Part shown: in pieces, positions 38,240-48,473 of the stretch
How the letters are laid out: each line of letters opens with the position of its first letter
Numbering within the stretch: position 1 is the first letter of the stretch
IMG/VR virus record: IMGVR_UViG_3300046678_000974
Location: 12,409-76,408 of that record
Source of the DNA: a virus
Lineage: Duplodnaviria; Caudoviricetes
Reading direction: 5' to 3' (one strand)
DNA length: 64,000 nt
Made by a program: the position numbers and the translations under genes
The notes under the pieces: model-generated
Seen by the model: the letters and a program-made list of their open reading frames with translations, nothing else
Told to the model about the DNA's origin: nothing
The model's database searches: none

Positions 38240-38587
38240 CTACTTTCGCTTATAAAGACGATCCAGCTTAAAGATGCGCTCAAGTTCCTTGTGTGCCGAA
38301 TTGGGGTCTTGCGGTACCCACTTTTCAGCAATCTCTTCGTCCATAGTCCGGGGTTCACCCGGTGCCCAACCAAAGTCAGTTGGCCAATAGCCCGATGGAG
38401 GAAATGATGCGATACCCAAAATACCTCGCGCCCACATCGATGTCATGGACATCGTCTGTGATACGTAGTTGAGGAATCGCGTCGCTGAGTCTTCGTCACG
38501 TCCCTCGATATACAGAGTGCATACGCAGCGATATAGCTTCTCAGGCGGGATGGTCATTGAACAGGTTCCTTGTGACAAATCCATCAC
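38240..38587 (-). CDS. Hypothetical protein
   Basis: ORF; start probably MTIPP. Confidence 0.5.
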   Translation of the reverse strand: MMDLSQGTCSMTIPPEKLYRCVCTLYIEGRDEDSATRFLNYVSQTMSMTSMWARGILGIASFPPSGYWPTDFGWAPGEPRTMDEEIAEKWVPQDPNSAHKELERIFKLDRLYKRK

Positions 38588-38721
38588 AGCATGTTATACC
38601 AAACCTGTCAACCCCTAATGGTCCCTACCTTACAATCCGGATAAAACCTCGCGCCTATGCATAAATCATTTAGATGTCAAGATATAATGTGCTATATAGC
38701 TCAAGGCTTGGAGAAAATGCG

Positions 38722-38946
38722 ATGTGCGAAAAAGAGTTGACGATGAGGGAGATCAGCGAGAAATTGCTGGTTAGTATGCAAACCTTGCATACATGGCGAA
38801 AAGGTAGTCCATTACGCGATCCGCTAACCGCCAATCGACAGGAACGTGGCGCAGGCTTCGTGGTAACAATTTGTGAATGTAATTTGCTCGATTATCTAGA
38901 AAAATATCGACCCGATCTCGTTCATCGTTGGCCAAATCAACCCTAA
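38722..38946 (+). CDS. Small HTH DNA-binding protein (MerR/Xis-like)
   Basis: LTMREISEKLLVSMQTLHTWRK. Confidence 0.55.
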   Translation: MCEKELTMREISEKLLVSMQTLHTWRKGSPLRDPLTANRQERGAGFVVTICECNLLDYLEKYRPDLVHRWPNQP

Positions 38947-38967
38947 AGCTGTCAACTTAAATAGGGG

Positions 38968-40236
38968 ATGGATGTTGTTATCCCCTATCGACCTCGCCCT
39001 TGGGCACTGCGTGTGCACAATAATCTATCACGCTATCGCGTGCTCGTATGCCATAGGGCCGCTGGGAAAACCGTATTCGCAGTCAATGATCTCATTCGCG
39101 ATGCGCTCACCGGCCCACCACAAGCACGTTATCTCTATATTCTTCCGCAACAGAATCAAGCCAAGCGCAGCGTGTGGGATATGCACGTGGAAAACTTCTG
39201 TCGCAAACTGCCCCAAATCCATATGCATCGTCAAAGTATGACAGTAACATTCCATAATGGTGCCAAACTACTGATTATGGGGTCAGACGATCCAGAAAAC
39301 TTGAGAGGCTTGCACGTTCATGGTATTGTGCTCGATGAGGTCGATGATATGCATCCAGAGGTGTGGACTGTTGTCAGACCAACACTAATGACTCATACCG
39401 GTAGATGTTGCTTTATCGGTACCCCGAAAGGCAAAAAACGACTGTACGACTATTATCAATGGGGACAAAATCCCGAGTATATCGAATGGACTTCAGAATT
39501 ATTGACATGGCGGGATACCGGTGTGATTTCATCCGAAGAAATCGAATCTCTGAGACAAGAGTTTTCCCCAGAAAAGTTCTCCCAAGAACTCGAATGTGAC
39601 TTCGAATCAGCCAATGTTGGCGCGTACTATGGTCGTCAACTCACTGAACTCCGCGAACAAGGACGTATTAAATACTTCGATCCACCTCTCTATCGCCCCG
39701 ATCTCGAAGTTCATAGTTGTTGGGACTTGGGAATCAGAGACCATATGGCAGTCTGGTGGTATCAACTCGTAGGCGAAACGATCAATTTCATTGACTACGA
39801 AGAGGCGGGGTCGATGGGATTCCCTGAATGGGGCGCCATCTTCGAGAATAGAACCAAAGAATATGGCTACAGATATGGCGACTTCGTTGCCCCATTCGAT
39901 ATTCGCAATCGCGAGCTTGGTACCGGTATCAGTCGCGAAGAGTCTGGTGCGCAATTTGGCCTCTATTTCGTTCGATGCCCAGACCAAGGTGTGGCTGACG
40001 GGATCGAGTTAGTCAGACAAACCCTGCACAAATGCCAATTCGATCTAACACGCTGCGATAAAGGCGTCGAAGCCCTGCGTGCATATCGATCAAAACTCGA
40101 TAATCAAGGCCACCCAGTCGGACCCCTACATGATTGGAGTTCTCATTCAGCAGATTCGTTGCGCTATGGAATCACTTGGATCGAACAGGTGGTCAATCGA
40201 CCCGCCCCAATGCGTATGCCAATTCGACGTATGTAA
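38968..40236 (+). CDS. terL: Terminase large subunit
   Basis: Walker A HRAAGKT, Walker B IVLDEVDD, coupling motif FIGTPKG, nuclease WDLG...HSADSLRY. Confidence 0.93.
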   Translation: MDVVIPYRPRPWALRVHNNLSRYRVLVCHRAAGKTVFAVNDLIRDALTGPPQARYLYILPQQNQAKRSVWDMHVENFCRKLPQIHMHRQSMTVTFHNGAKLLIMGSDDPENLRGLHVHGIVLDEVDDMHPEVWTVVRPTLMTHTGRCCFIGTPKGKKRLYDYYQWGQNPEYIEWTSELLTWRDTGVISSEEIESLRQEFSPEKFSQELECDFESANVGAYYGRQLTELREQGRIKYFDPPLYRPDLEVHSCWDLGIRDHMAVWWYQLVGETINFIDYEEAGSMGFPEWGAIFENRTKEYGYRYGDFVAPFDIRNRELGTGISREESGAQFGLYFVRCPDQGVADGIELVRQTLHKCQFDLTRCDKGVEALRAYRSKLDNQGHPVGPLHDWSSHSADSLRYGITWIEQVVNRPAPMRMPIRRM

Positions 40237-40242
40237 GGAGAT

Positions 40243-40443
40243 ATGATGGTTACTGAAAATTACCCGTGGACTGAAGTCATCTGCCAACAATGCAAACGCA
40301 AGTTTATGACCCCATTTCCACTATCAAGAAAATACTGTCACACAAATTGTAAAGTGTTGGCCCATCGCATCAAACACGGCGCCAAACCACGAGCACATCA
40401 CAAGCTGGGAGAAATCACCGGCAAAGCTATACCGAACCGGTAA
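40243..40443 (+). CDS. Small Zn-finger protein
   Basis: CQQC...KYCHTNCK. Confidence 0.5.
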   Translation: MMVTENYPWTEVICQQCKRKFMTPFPLSRKYCHTNCKVLAHRIKHGAKPRAHHKLGEITGKAIPNR

Positions 40444-41329
40444 TACCACTGGAATCTGCACCACCAACCACATCAACCACATCAGAGGATTCAATACCGG
40501 TGAAAAAGCTATGATCGTTCAATGTACCATGACCCAAGACCATCACAGGTACCACCTGCGCAGTGTCAGTCGGATATTCAAGTTCGTATAGTAAATCACG
40601 CTTCCATAGATTCTGCTTTTCGACTACATCATCAACCATAAAGCCAGCCCCAATCACTGGACCCGAACATGACCCGTCGTCAAAAAAGAATCGATCCAAT
40701 CCCTGCAAGTTCGGATCAACCAATGAACAAAACTGATCTCGTAATCCCACCGTGGCCGTCCAAAATGTCACCCGCCAAATCCCACATTGACGGTGAACTT
40801 CACTCAACACATTCACGTCCATTCCAAGCGCCACACTTACCCGCTTATAGGTATTCAGGGTCAGAACTGGCCCCGTGGCAGATGCACCGGGAAACTGCCC
40901 AGCAAAATATGTCGCAATCGAAGCAGGGGTGTCTGTCGAGGATAACCGCATGGCTACACCAGCACTATTCCCATAAGCCACCGACATGACCTCGATATCA
41001 CTGGCAAGACCTTCAAAGGTCACCGCGTTGCCAGCAATCGAAGCAAACATCGTCGGCGCAGGCACCCGCACCGGTTGATGCATGTGCTGCCGTAGAAACC
41101 GAGTTGTATTGCGCTGTCCCGGTTGGGAAAAGACCGTAATGTTGGTGATCGGCGGATTCGCTGCCAAGTCTTTGACCAGTTGCTGATCGACCGGCCAGCC
41201 CCTCATTAGCCGAAATGGCTGATTCAATGCATCACACATCCCAACAGCATAGGGCTGATAGGATGAACTCGTCAGTATCTTGGCAATCTCACGAACGAAT
41301 TGCGACTCAACAATCGATGCATCAGGCAA
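40427..41329 (-). CDS. Putative tail completion/terminator protein
   Basis: 300 aa, last in a neck-gene-like cluster; RGWP and YELEYPT motifs. Confidence 0.45.
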   Translation of the reverse strand: MPDASIVESQFVREIAKILTSSSYQPYAVGMCDALNQPFRLMRGWPVDQQLVKDLAANPPITNITVFSQPGQRNTTRFLRQHMHQPVRVPAPTMFASIAGNAVTFEGLASDIEVMSVAYGNSAGVAMRLSSTDTPASIATYFAGQFPGASATGPVLTLNTYKRVSVALGMDVNVLSEVHRQCGIWRVTFWTATVGLRDQFCSLVDPNLQGLDRFFFDDGSCSGPVIGAGFMVDDVVEKQNLWKRDLLYELEYPTDTAQVVPVMVLGHGTLNDHSFFTGIESSDVVDVVGGADSSGITGSV

Positions 41330-41338
41330 TGTGTTAAG

Positions 41339-41485
41339 TTATCCTCGTACCTTTTTTAAGCGTGGATTTTTCTTCTTCGCCGCTTTGCTCGCATTGCGTG
41401 AAGCATTGGCTAATATCGCCCCAGCACTCTTCTTGCTGATGCCCTCTTTGCGGGCAATCTTGCCCTGTACACTACGAAAACTCAT
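41339..41485 (-). CDS. Small Lys-rich phage protein (48 aa)
   Basis: MSFRSVQGKIARKEGISKKSAGAILANASRNASKAAKKKNPRLKKVRG; below the ORF-track cutoff. Confidence 0.65.
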   Translation of the reverse strand: MSFRSVQGKIARKEGISKKSAGAILANASRNASKAAKKKNPRLKKVRG

Positions 41486-41489
41486 CTCA

Positions 41490-41777
41490 TTATCCCGCCG
41501 ATACAGTCATTACACCCGAGTTCGACCATATACGACCAATCACATGCGGATCAGCCGTTGGCAAATTGGTCATACTGACCGAGGCATTCGTTAAACTGAC
41601 CGTACCAGTCATACTGACTGCACCAGTCGCTGTCAGTCCACCAACTGTCGTGGTACCCGTGAATGTCGGACTAACCGGAGTGAAATTAACGCCACCAACA
41701 ACAATAGTGTCAGTGTCGATACCTTGACGGACAATCAAGCCGTGATAGGATTTGTCGCTGGTGAAATATGTGGCCAT
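41490..41777 (-). CDS. Hypothetical virion protein
   Basis: Ends LPTADPHVIGRIWSNSGVMTVSAG, a common phage fibre terminal motif. Confidence 0.55.
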   Translation of the reverse strand: MATYFTSDKSYHGLIVRQGIDTDTIVVGGVNFTPVSPTFTGTTTVGGLTATGAVSMTGTVSLTNASVSMTNLPTADPHVIGRIWSNSGVMTVSAG

Positions 41778-41831
41778 ACAAATATTTATAGAGCCCACCC
41801 CATTCGATGGGAAATCAATATGGAATTAGGA

Positions 41832-42473
41832 CTAGGGTTGCTCCATCGCCATCGAGAAGTACCACCCTTCCTTCCCCAGTGATGGCATCGACACAACATA
41901 ACGTCGTCCGAGTTCATCAATGATGACGTCATACTCTTCGATCATCACACCATCAGGCAATAATGGCGCATAACCAATCATCCATGGCGAGCGTACCGAT
42001 CCCGGTGTATGCGCCTCATTCGTCTCGCCTTTGGTACCTGGACTAATCGCAATCGGCCAGCCCGTAATTTTCGTCACCGGTGTGGTATCACCACCATAGC
42101 CATTGTCGATCGACCCAGATGGCTGAATCAAATTGATCGTCGCATCACAACGAGTCAATTCAGCCGGTCGTAATGGCTCAATCCATGCCACAAAGAAGAT
42201 GTGCTGATCGTAATCCCACAAATAATCACCCACTTTGATCAAAGTAAGATCAAGTAGTGCATAATAATTCTGCTTGTTGTACTCAGATGGCTTCATAAAG
42301 CCAAAATGATAGTCCTGATCAAACGCCAGCGGCAATTCTTGCACAATGTTCTGATTGCGCAGAACTGGCCCAGTATCAAGCGGACGGAAAACCACAAAGG
42401 TATGCCCAACTTTACTCGCCGCTATCGAATAGCCATGATTAACGTGCGATTGAATGATCGCTTCAGTAACCAT
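41832..42473 (-). CDS. Putative head closure protein
   Basis: Beta-rich; W...P...DVIIDELGRRYVV pattern; follows the adaptor-like gene. Confidence 0.5.
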   Translation of the reverse strand: MVTEAIIQSHVNHGYSIAASKVGHTFVVFRPLDTGPVLRNQNIVQELPLAFDQDYHFGFMKPSEYNKQNYYALLDLTLIKVGDYLWDYDQHIFFVAWIEPLRPAELTRCDATINLIQPSGSIDNGYGGDTTPVTKITGWPIAISPGTKGETNEAHTPGSVRSPWMIGYAPLLPDGVMIEEYDVIIDELGRRYVVSMPSLGKEGWYFSMAMEQP

Positions 42474-42884
42474 CTAGCGAACCATTCGCACCGATGAACC
42501 CGAACCCGAACTGTAGCGGAAAAATGGCCCCGGATCAAGCTGCATAAAAGCACACAATTGAACGCGATGGTAATTGAACAAATCCTGCCGATCCCATGGT
42601 TCGTGATCATTGCGCGTCCAGACTGCCGCTTTCTCCGTATCGAGATTGCTGCGACTGACAAAGATGTCATTCTCCAATTGGTTCAGTTGAGGCAACATCT
42701 GACCCTGTAGCAACGCAATCTCATCATCGCTCAGATTGTTCATGCGGTACTCAAGCGTGTTGTACTCACTAAAATATTGCCAATACATCAGCGATCCACC
42801 ACCCATACGCGTGTCACCCAAGGCGCCATAACCGCAAAAGCGTCTGATATCTACTTTGTCAGCCGAGGCGAGCGTAAGAGTCAT
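42474..42884 (-). CDS. Putative head-tail adaptor
   Basis: KVDIRRFCGY...LEYRMNNLS...NLDTEKAAVWTRN helical pattern. Confidence 0.5.
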   Translation of the reverse strand: MTLTLASADKVDIRRFCGYGALGDTRMGGGSLMYWQYFSEYNTLEYRMNNLSDDEIALLQGQMLPQLNQLENDIFVSRSNLDTEKAAVWTRNDHEPWDRQDLFNYHRVQLCAFMQLDPGPFFRYSSGSGSSVRMVR

Positions 42885-43192
42885 TCGACAACCACAAAAC
42901 TAGTGAACTTGCAGTCATGCAACATCTGAATCTCATCAGCAGAATCAACCACCTGACCAGCTTGCCACATGCGATTGACACCCTTCTTGTCAATGAAACC
43001 CCACATCCGAGTCATCTTGATCTTGCTAGGTAGTTTCGGTTCTTCCTTGACAGGAACAGCCACATCCATTTTATCGTCTTTGATTTCCACCTTGGCAACA
43101 CCAGCTACCGTCTTGGTTTCTGCTTCCATCGTCAATCTTCCCTTTCTAGTATTTACCGAAACTTCCGCATTGTCCTCAACATCGATCGCCAT
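42881..43192 (-). CDS. Hypothetical protein
   Basis: ATGA-coupled to the downstream gene. Confidence 0.55.
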   Translation of the reverse strand: MAIDVEDNAEVSVNTRKGRLTMEAETKTVAGVAKVEIKDDKMDVAVPVKEEPKLPSKIKMTRMWGFIDKKGVNRMWQAGQVVDSADEIQMLHDCKFTSFVVVE

Positions 43193-44199
43193 ACCCGCTG
43201 AGTCTCTTCATTGTAATCCTGCAAGCCATGCCATTGCGCACGAACCCATTCACGACGCAACATCTCAGCACGCATCAAACGATATACCATGTCATTGCTC
43301 ACTGTCGGATCAGCAATTGCATATTCACCCAGCCATGGTATCTCTTTCGAACCAATCAACGGCACCCCAGCACTCACCGCATCCGCCCCAACAATACAAA
43401 ACGTCTCGGAGAACGATACGCACATACAAAAATCCATCTCTTGCATCAAATCAACAAACTCATCATGCTCCAACCATGGATGCTCTACCAATTGAGAGCT
43501 ATAGGTATGCGAAAATAATGCCCGCAAATTGCGCAATACCGGTGAACCAACTTGCTCAATGCGACTGGCATTGATATGGAACCGTAAACGTCGCCGTGTC
43601 TGTTGACAAAACTGAATCGCCGCTACTGCCTGTTGTAATTGATTCTTCAACGGTCTAATGGCCCCGAAACAGCCTATGTCAAATACATTGTCACCACCAT
43701 GATGATCACCCAGTGGCGGTACTATATCCAGCGGATAATAATTCGGCGCATATGCATTCAGATCATAGAACTCTTGGCGACCATATGACCATGCAATCGT
43801 TTGAAAATCATTCATCGCTACAGGGTCATTCGACATCACCATAACACCACGTGACCAATATCCATATAGCCATTCTGTGGCAATTCCCTCATTCGCAATA
43901 AACGGTACATCAGAATGATTGCGCACCGCCCATTTAACATTAGGCCATTTCGGAATGAGAACGTCCAGTTTGCTCGGAACGACCCAGAATGCCTCTAACA
44001 CGACTAAGTCTGGTCGGAATAGAGCAATTGCTGCGTCTATTTTGTTGTTGTCCTCTAATTGAACCATCTGGGCGACATAGCCCATGTCGGTCAACATATC
44101 GACAATAAAACTTACTGAGTTTTTTAAGCCACTAGAGAGATCGGAACCCGTACCACCCCAGTAACCTTCCCTCCGCTTGAGGCAAAATAATATGCGCAT
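43153..44199 (-). CDS. GT-B fold (GT4-like) glycosyltransferase
   Basis: IGCFGAIRPLKN...VSFSETFCIVGADAVSAGVPLIGS (E-x7-D/E motif). Confidence 0.7.
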   Translation of the reverse strand: MRILFCLKRREGYWGGTGSDLSSGLKNSVSFIVDMLTDMGYVAQMVQLEDNNKIDAAIALFRPDLVVLEAFWVVPSKLDVLIPKWPNVKWAVRNHSDVPFIANEGIATEWLYGYWSRGVMVMSNDPVAMNDFQTIAWSYGRQEFYDLNAYAPNYYPLDIVPPLGDHHGGDNVFDIGCFGAIRPLKNQLQQAVAAIQFCQQTRRRLRFHINASRIEQVGSPVLRNLRALFSHTYSSQLVEHPWLEHDEFVDLMQEMDFCMCVSFSETFCIVGADAVSAGVPLIGSKEIPWLGEYAIADPTVSNDMVYRLMRAEMLRREWVRAQWHGLQDYNEETQRVWRSMLRTMRKFR

Positions 44200-44239
44200 A
44201 TGTTATTTATGGTCTCAATCTATCAATCTAAATAACGGT

Positions 44240-44482
44240 ATGAGCCATTCTTTCCAACATCTCCCCCTCCCCGTGCAACAGATTATCAAACAACAATTCG
44301 AACAAGATATGCGTAAACACTTTGATCTGCTCCAAGTTGAACAATTGGATTATTTTCTTCAGCAACTGCATATCCAAACAGAATTGCAAGACTTTTGTGA
44401 AAAGTTGTGGCAAGAACAACTCAATCATTATCGCGAGGATGTATGGGAAAGTTGGCTAGAGGAAAAAGACCTCGCCCCATGA
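44240..44482 (+). CDS. Hypothetical Gln-rich protein
   Basis: ORF coupled to the methylase gene. Confidence 0.5.
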   Translation: MSHSFQHLPLPVQQIIKQQFEQDMRKHFDLLQVEQLDYFLQQLHIQTELQDFCEKLWQEQLNHYREDVWESWLEEKDLAP

Positions 44483-45012
44483 GCTATCACGTCCTTGCTG
44501 CCGATCCCCCGTGGGCCTTTCGACCTACCTATAATTCACACGGCATACGGTCTGTCCTCAATCATTATAACATCATGACCCTCGATGACATTAAGGCATT
44601 GCCGGTTCAAACACTCGCCGCCAGAGACTGTGTGCTGTTCCTATGGGCGATCGACACGCATATCCCAGAGGCGCTGGAAGTGATCACCGCATGGGGCTTT
44701 CGCTACAAAAGCGTCGCCTTCACATGGGTCAAAACTACATCCACAGGTAAATATGCCATCGGCTGTGGTTGGTGGACACGGGCTAATACCGAGACCTGTC
44801 TGCTCGCCACACGCGGTAAGCCTAGACCCCAAGCTAAGGACGTCAGACGCCTCGTGGTCAGCCCCAGACGCGAGCATAGCCGCAAACCAGATGAGATATA
44901 TGATACACACATCCCACGCCTATGTACCGGCCCATACATCGAATTATTCGCCCGTACAACACGGATCGGTTGGGATCGTGCATTTTCTAATGAAGAAAAT
45001 AAGTTTGATTGA
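44479..45012 (+). CDS. MT-A70 family adenine methyltransferase
   Basis: ADPPW, CVLFLW...WGFRYKS...WVK, NTETCLLATRG, REHSRKP, IELFAR. Confidence 0.92.
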   Translation: MSYHVLAADPPWAFRPTYNSHGIRSVLNHYNIMTLDDIKALPVQTLAARDCVLFLWAIDTHIPEALEVITAWGFRYKSVAFTWVKTTSTGKYAIGCGWWTRANTETCLLATRGKPRPQAKDVRRLVVSPRREHSRKPDEIYDTHIPRLCTGPYIELFARTTRIGWDRAFSNEENKFD

Positions 45013-45106
45013 TTTGAATAATCGCGTTCAGTAATCAAACTGAACTCTTCCAAGGAGAGCACCAATGGATAATTGTCCGATTTGTGGGCAACCACATCCA
45101 AAATGA

Positions 45107-45130
45107 AGAGAGGCCCGTAAGGGCCTCTCT
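45107..45130. terminator. Bidirectional hairpin terminator
   Basis: agagaggccc-GTAA-gggcctctct perfect 10-bp stem between convergent genes. Confidence 0.7.
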
Positions 45131-45132
45131 CT

Positions 45133-45465
45133 TCATTCACCCTTCGCTTCACGTACGCGCCGTTCCATCGATTCCTGATCTTCACGATACATCGATTCCG
45201 GATAATCTGCCTCACACTCATACAGATTAACCATCACATCACGAGTAATAATCGTCTCAGACATATCACCCTTTAACATAGTTCCCGTCAGATCATACCG
45301 AATGCCATTTACCCAAAAACCTCCCTTCGGATAGGCATTCCATGCATCCGCCGCCTCTTGAACTTGAACTAAGAAATCATCCGCCGAGAGTTCAGTCTCA
45401 GACTCGATCACCCGCTCATATTCAATAGTCTCAGTCGTCGTCACGATTACACAATGCGTTGCCAT
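45133..45465 (-). CDS. Hypothetical acidic protein
   Basis: Member of a tightly packed operon. Confidence 0.55.
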   Translation of the reverse strand: MATHCVIVTTTETIEYERVIESETELSADDFLVQVQEAADAWNAYPKGGFWVNGIRYDLTGTMLKGDMSETIITRDVMVNLYECEADYPESMYREDQESMERRVREAKGE

Positions 45466-45466
45466 G

Positions 45467-45691
45467 TCACTTGCCCTTTCTCGCAGCCAGTTGTGTCAGT
45501 ACCAACGGTATCATCGGTGGGATCGCATGATCCTCACTCACCCATCGACGCAGCGTTCGCTCGTTAATGCCTAGAGCAGCCGCCAACGAACGCTGCGTAT
45601 AACCATACCGATCAATCCAGCCTTGCAATTCATCACCCGTCATACGATCAGGATCAGACCGAATAATTCCCTTGTCTTGTGTTTTTCCCAT
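45467..45691 (-). CDS. XRE-type HTH protein
   Basis: YTQRSLAAALGINERTLRRWVS. Confidence 0.75.
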   Translation of the reverse strand: MGKTQDKGIIRSDPDRMTGDELQGWIDRYGYTQRSLAAALGINERTLRRWVSEDHAIPPMIPLVLTQLAARKGK

Positions 45692-45727
45692 AATCAGAAT
45701 GTATGACAGTTTACCCTAGATAGCAAA

Positions 45728-46774
45728 TCACGTATTCGTGCGGGGGGGTTTTTGTGCATCAGGGAAGGGATCAATCGCTCCGTTCATAACCTCATACCAA
45801 GGCAACGATAATGGCTGATGTGCATTAGCCATCTCCCGCGTGCGGGCTGGATTATTGACCATGGTGGCCCTACGCGGGAACCTTGTGCCAAAGCGGTTAG
45901 TGACGATGGAGCCGCGCCGATGATGTGGTTCTACGGTGCGTCCGGTCGGTTCGCTCGGCAAGCCAGATATCCAATGCGTACGAGGGATCAGATTGATGAT
46001 ACGCACGACAGGTTGTACCTTCGGTAGTCCGAGCCTTTCGCGCCGGGCGTTAATCCGCAGCGCCTCATGCGTCCCTTCCACCACCACCATGTCGCCCTTC
46101 TCTGCTCCCATGAGCTTCTGGATGGTGTGTAGCAGCACCAGCACGCGAAGCCAGACCTCATGCTCATGCTCTCTAAGCAGCGACCGTCGCCGCTCGACAT
46201 CGCCAACGTGGCGAAACTGGGCATAGGCGTCATAGGTGGTCGAGTCGTCATCCAACTCGCTAAGCGGGGCGCCGACCGTACCTTGTCCGTGTAGCAGAGG
46301 CACGGACACAACGGTCTCCAACAACCAGACTTGGTCTTGCCGCACCCAGCGGAACGGGATGAGATTGAGTCCGTCGCCGTCGCCGTTTGGCGTGCGTATC
46401 ATGCCGACCCACCAGATGATCGGCGTACCGCCTTTGTTATCCTGTAGGTAGAGAGCTTCATCATAGGGTACGGACAGGAAGCCTTTGCCAAACTGCTCAC
46501 CGAGGAAATGCATCGTCTCAGCGGCCATTTCCAGTAAGGTTATAGACGGTTTGCCATTCTCGGTTTTAAAGTTACTATCGTCCAGCCGGGGTTCGATTTG
46601 AGTTAGATCGAACACTGGCAACATATGATAGTCGGAACCCACATCATTCACTGAGCGGCCCGGTTCAAACCGCACTTTGCCAGTGGTCGATACTTTGACG
46701 CCAGCAATGCGATGCAAACGCACGGCCTCTATGAACGATGCATGAGCGTCAGTACTATTGAGCAAGGGTCTCAT
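45728..46774 (-). CDS. Hypothetical phage protein
   Basis: 348 aa; C-terminal PHHRRG motif. Confidence 0.55.
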   Translation of the reverse strand: MRPLLNSTDAHASFIEAVRLHRIAGVKVSTTGKVRFEPGRSVNDVGSDYHMLPVFDLTQIEPRLDDSNFKTENGKPSITLLEMAAETMHFLGEQFGKGFLSVPYDEALYLQDNKGGTPIIWWVGMIRTPNGDGDGLNLIPFRWVRQDQVWLLETVVSVPLLHGQGTVGAPLSELDDDSTTYDAYAQFRHVGDVERRRSLLREHEHEVWLRVLVLLHTIQKLMGAEKGDMVVVEGTHEALRINARRERLGLPKVQPVVRIINLIPRTHWISGLPSEPTGRTVEPHHRRGSIVTNRFGTRFPRRATMVNNPARTREMANAHQPLSLPWYEVMNGAIDPFPDAQKPPRTNT

Positions 46775-46792
46775 GACATTTTCCTTCCAGCG

Positions 46793-47416
46793 TTATTTCA
46801 AAGCGATCGGTGGTGTCTTGTCCTCCATCGGTTCATGCATACTGTCACATTCTGCGTTCCAGCAACATGGCGTTCCAGCCTTCGTCAATGACGTATACTT
46901 GATATACATCGTGGTCTTGCAATCGTCACATTGGAACTTGAAGGTGCCATTACCGCCCCCACTCCGTGGCCCCTTGTATGGCGTTTTCAAACCATGCCGG
47001 GGCAATGGTGGTAATGCATTCACCAACGCCGTCAAATGAGCGCGTAGCCCCGCCATGGGCGTCGTATTCCACTTCTCGCGCTTCTCCAAGCCCAATGCCT
47101 TACAGGCTTCAGCAAACGCCTTGCCATGCACCGTCCCCGAGGGCATCAGCGCATGGATGATCTCATGCACTAAGACCCCCGCTACCTCCACCGGATCGCT
47201 CATCTGGCCATCTTCATAGGCCGTCACGAAGATATGGGAAATCTCACCCTTCTCGTTTTGGGTCTTGGCCGTACAAAATCCCAAACGACGCGTTAGCATC
47301 GTAGACATCGTCACCGTCATCTGGCCATGAATCCTATAGCCATGCTCCCGAAACCACGGTCGCAACATTTCAGCCATTCGGTTCAGCCACGCCTCGCGAT
47401 TGAGTTTCTCAGCCAT
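46793..47416 (-). CDS. SprT-like Zn metalloprotease domain protein
   Basis: VLVHEIIHA (HExxH), HGKAF, C-terminal CDDC...C Zn ribbon; start reassigned to MAEKL. Confidence 0.7.
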   Translation of the reverse strand: MAEKLNREAWLNRMAEMLRPWFREHGYRIHGQMTVTMSTMLTRRLGFCTAKTQNEKGEISHIFVTAYEDGQMSDPVEVAGVLVHEIIHALMPSGTVHGKAFAEACKALGLEKREKWNTTPMAGLRAHLTALVNALPPLPRHGLKTPYKGPRSGGGNGTFKFQCDDCKTTMYIKYTSLTKAGTPCCWNAECDSMHEPMEDKTPPIALK

Positions 47417-47417
47417 C

Positions 47418-48473
47418 TCATGCCTCCTTCTTTGCAGACCGCCGCGCACGATCCTTCGCATTCTTCGCCGCCTTCTGTTCATCCGTCAAGGGCTTGCGCT
47501 TCCCCTTGGCCTCCGGCGTCACCGGCAAGCCACCCGTCGGTTCTACAGGCGCCACCGGTTCTTCCACAGCCACAGGTTCTTCCACAGGCGCTTGGGGCAT
47601 CGTTACCTTCGTCGGCGGTTCAATCACCCACGGATCAGGATTCTTCACCCTCTTGCCGTCTTCCTCGCGAGGATTCATCTCACACCGTCCCTCCGCCAAA
47701 GACTGCCATATCTCCGGTGACTTCAACCGATAATCCGCCACCTGACCGATCAAGGTACGCACACTGACTTCCTTGAGACGATTGTAGTTACAGGCAAACC
47801 ACTCCAATACCTCGTTGCTCTCTTTAAGAGACAACGATCGGCCCTTGTAAATCTTGTCCCGCAATAGATGCTTGCCGTCCGTCCCCATCCAACATGAAAA
47901 GTGAAAGCAATCCAACGGCGTAAATGACAGGAAACTGTGTAACTGAAATCGCGATTTCAACGCGTCAATATGACTTCGCATATTCTTGTCAAACGCCAAT
48001 AGCTTCGGATCGTGAACAGGTTTGTTCGAAATAAACCCAAACCGGCAATTTACATGAAACCGGCCATGGCCACCCTTGCGAAGGTCTACAAATAGCCGTT
48101 CGCCTTCCGCATTCGCCACAATCTTCAATTTGTTCATTAAAGGTTCCGATGCCCACACATGGTCATTGTCATCCGACAGCAACACATTGCGGGGATGGCG
48201 GTACTTGTACAATTCATCAGCAATTTGCTGATCATTGCAGTTTTGCAGTGGCACAACCCGAGCACCACCTATCGCCAGATTCTCATCTGCGCCAAACGAT
48301 TTCCCAATACCGGGCGGTCCCACCACAAGCAGACTGTGATAGGTTCCATTGCCTAACGCTATGTAATATTGGTATAGCGTCATCATTTGACCGTGTAGCT
48401 CGTTGGACTCAATCCGATAGCCGCGTGGTGCACTGCTCATGCTATCCACTCTCTTCCAAAGGTTCCAACCCAT
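47418..48473 (-). CDS. AAA-like P-loop ATPase
   Basis: GPPGIGKS, VLLSDDND, GFISN. Confidence 0.75.
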   Translation of the reverse strand: MGWNLWKRVDSMSSAPRGYRIESNELHGQMMTLYQYYIALGNGTYHSLLVVGPPGIGKSFGADENLAIGGARVVPLQNCNDQQIADELYKYRHPRNVLLSDDNDHVWASEPLMNKLKIVANAEGERLFVDLRKGGHGRFHVNCRFGFISNKPVHDPKLLAFDKNMRSHIDALKSRFQLHSFLSFTPLDCFHFSCWMGTDGKHLLRDKIYKGRSLSLKESNEVLEWFACNYNRLKEVSVRTLIGQVADYRLKSPEIWQSLAEGRCEMNPREEDGKRVKNPDPWVIEPPTKVTMPQAPVEEPVAVEEPVAPVEPTGGLPVTPEAKGKRKPLTDEQKAAKNAKDRARRSAKKEA

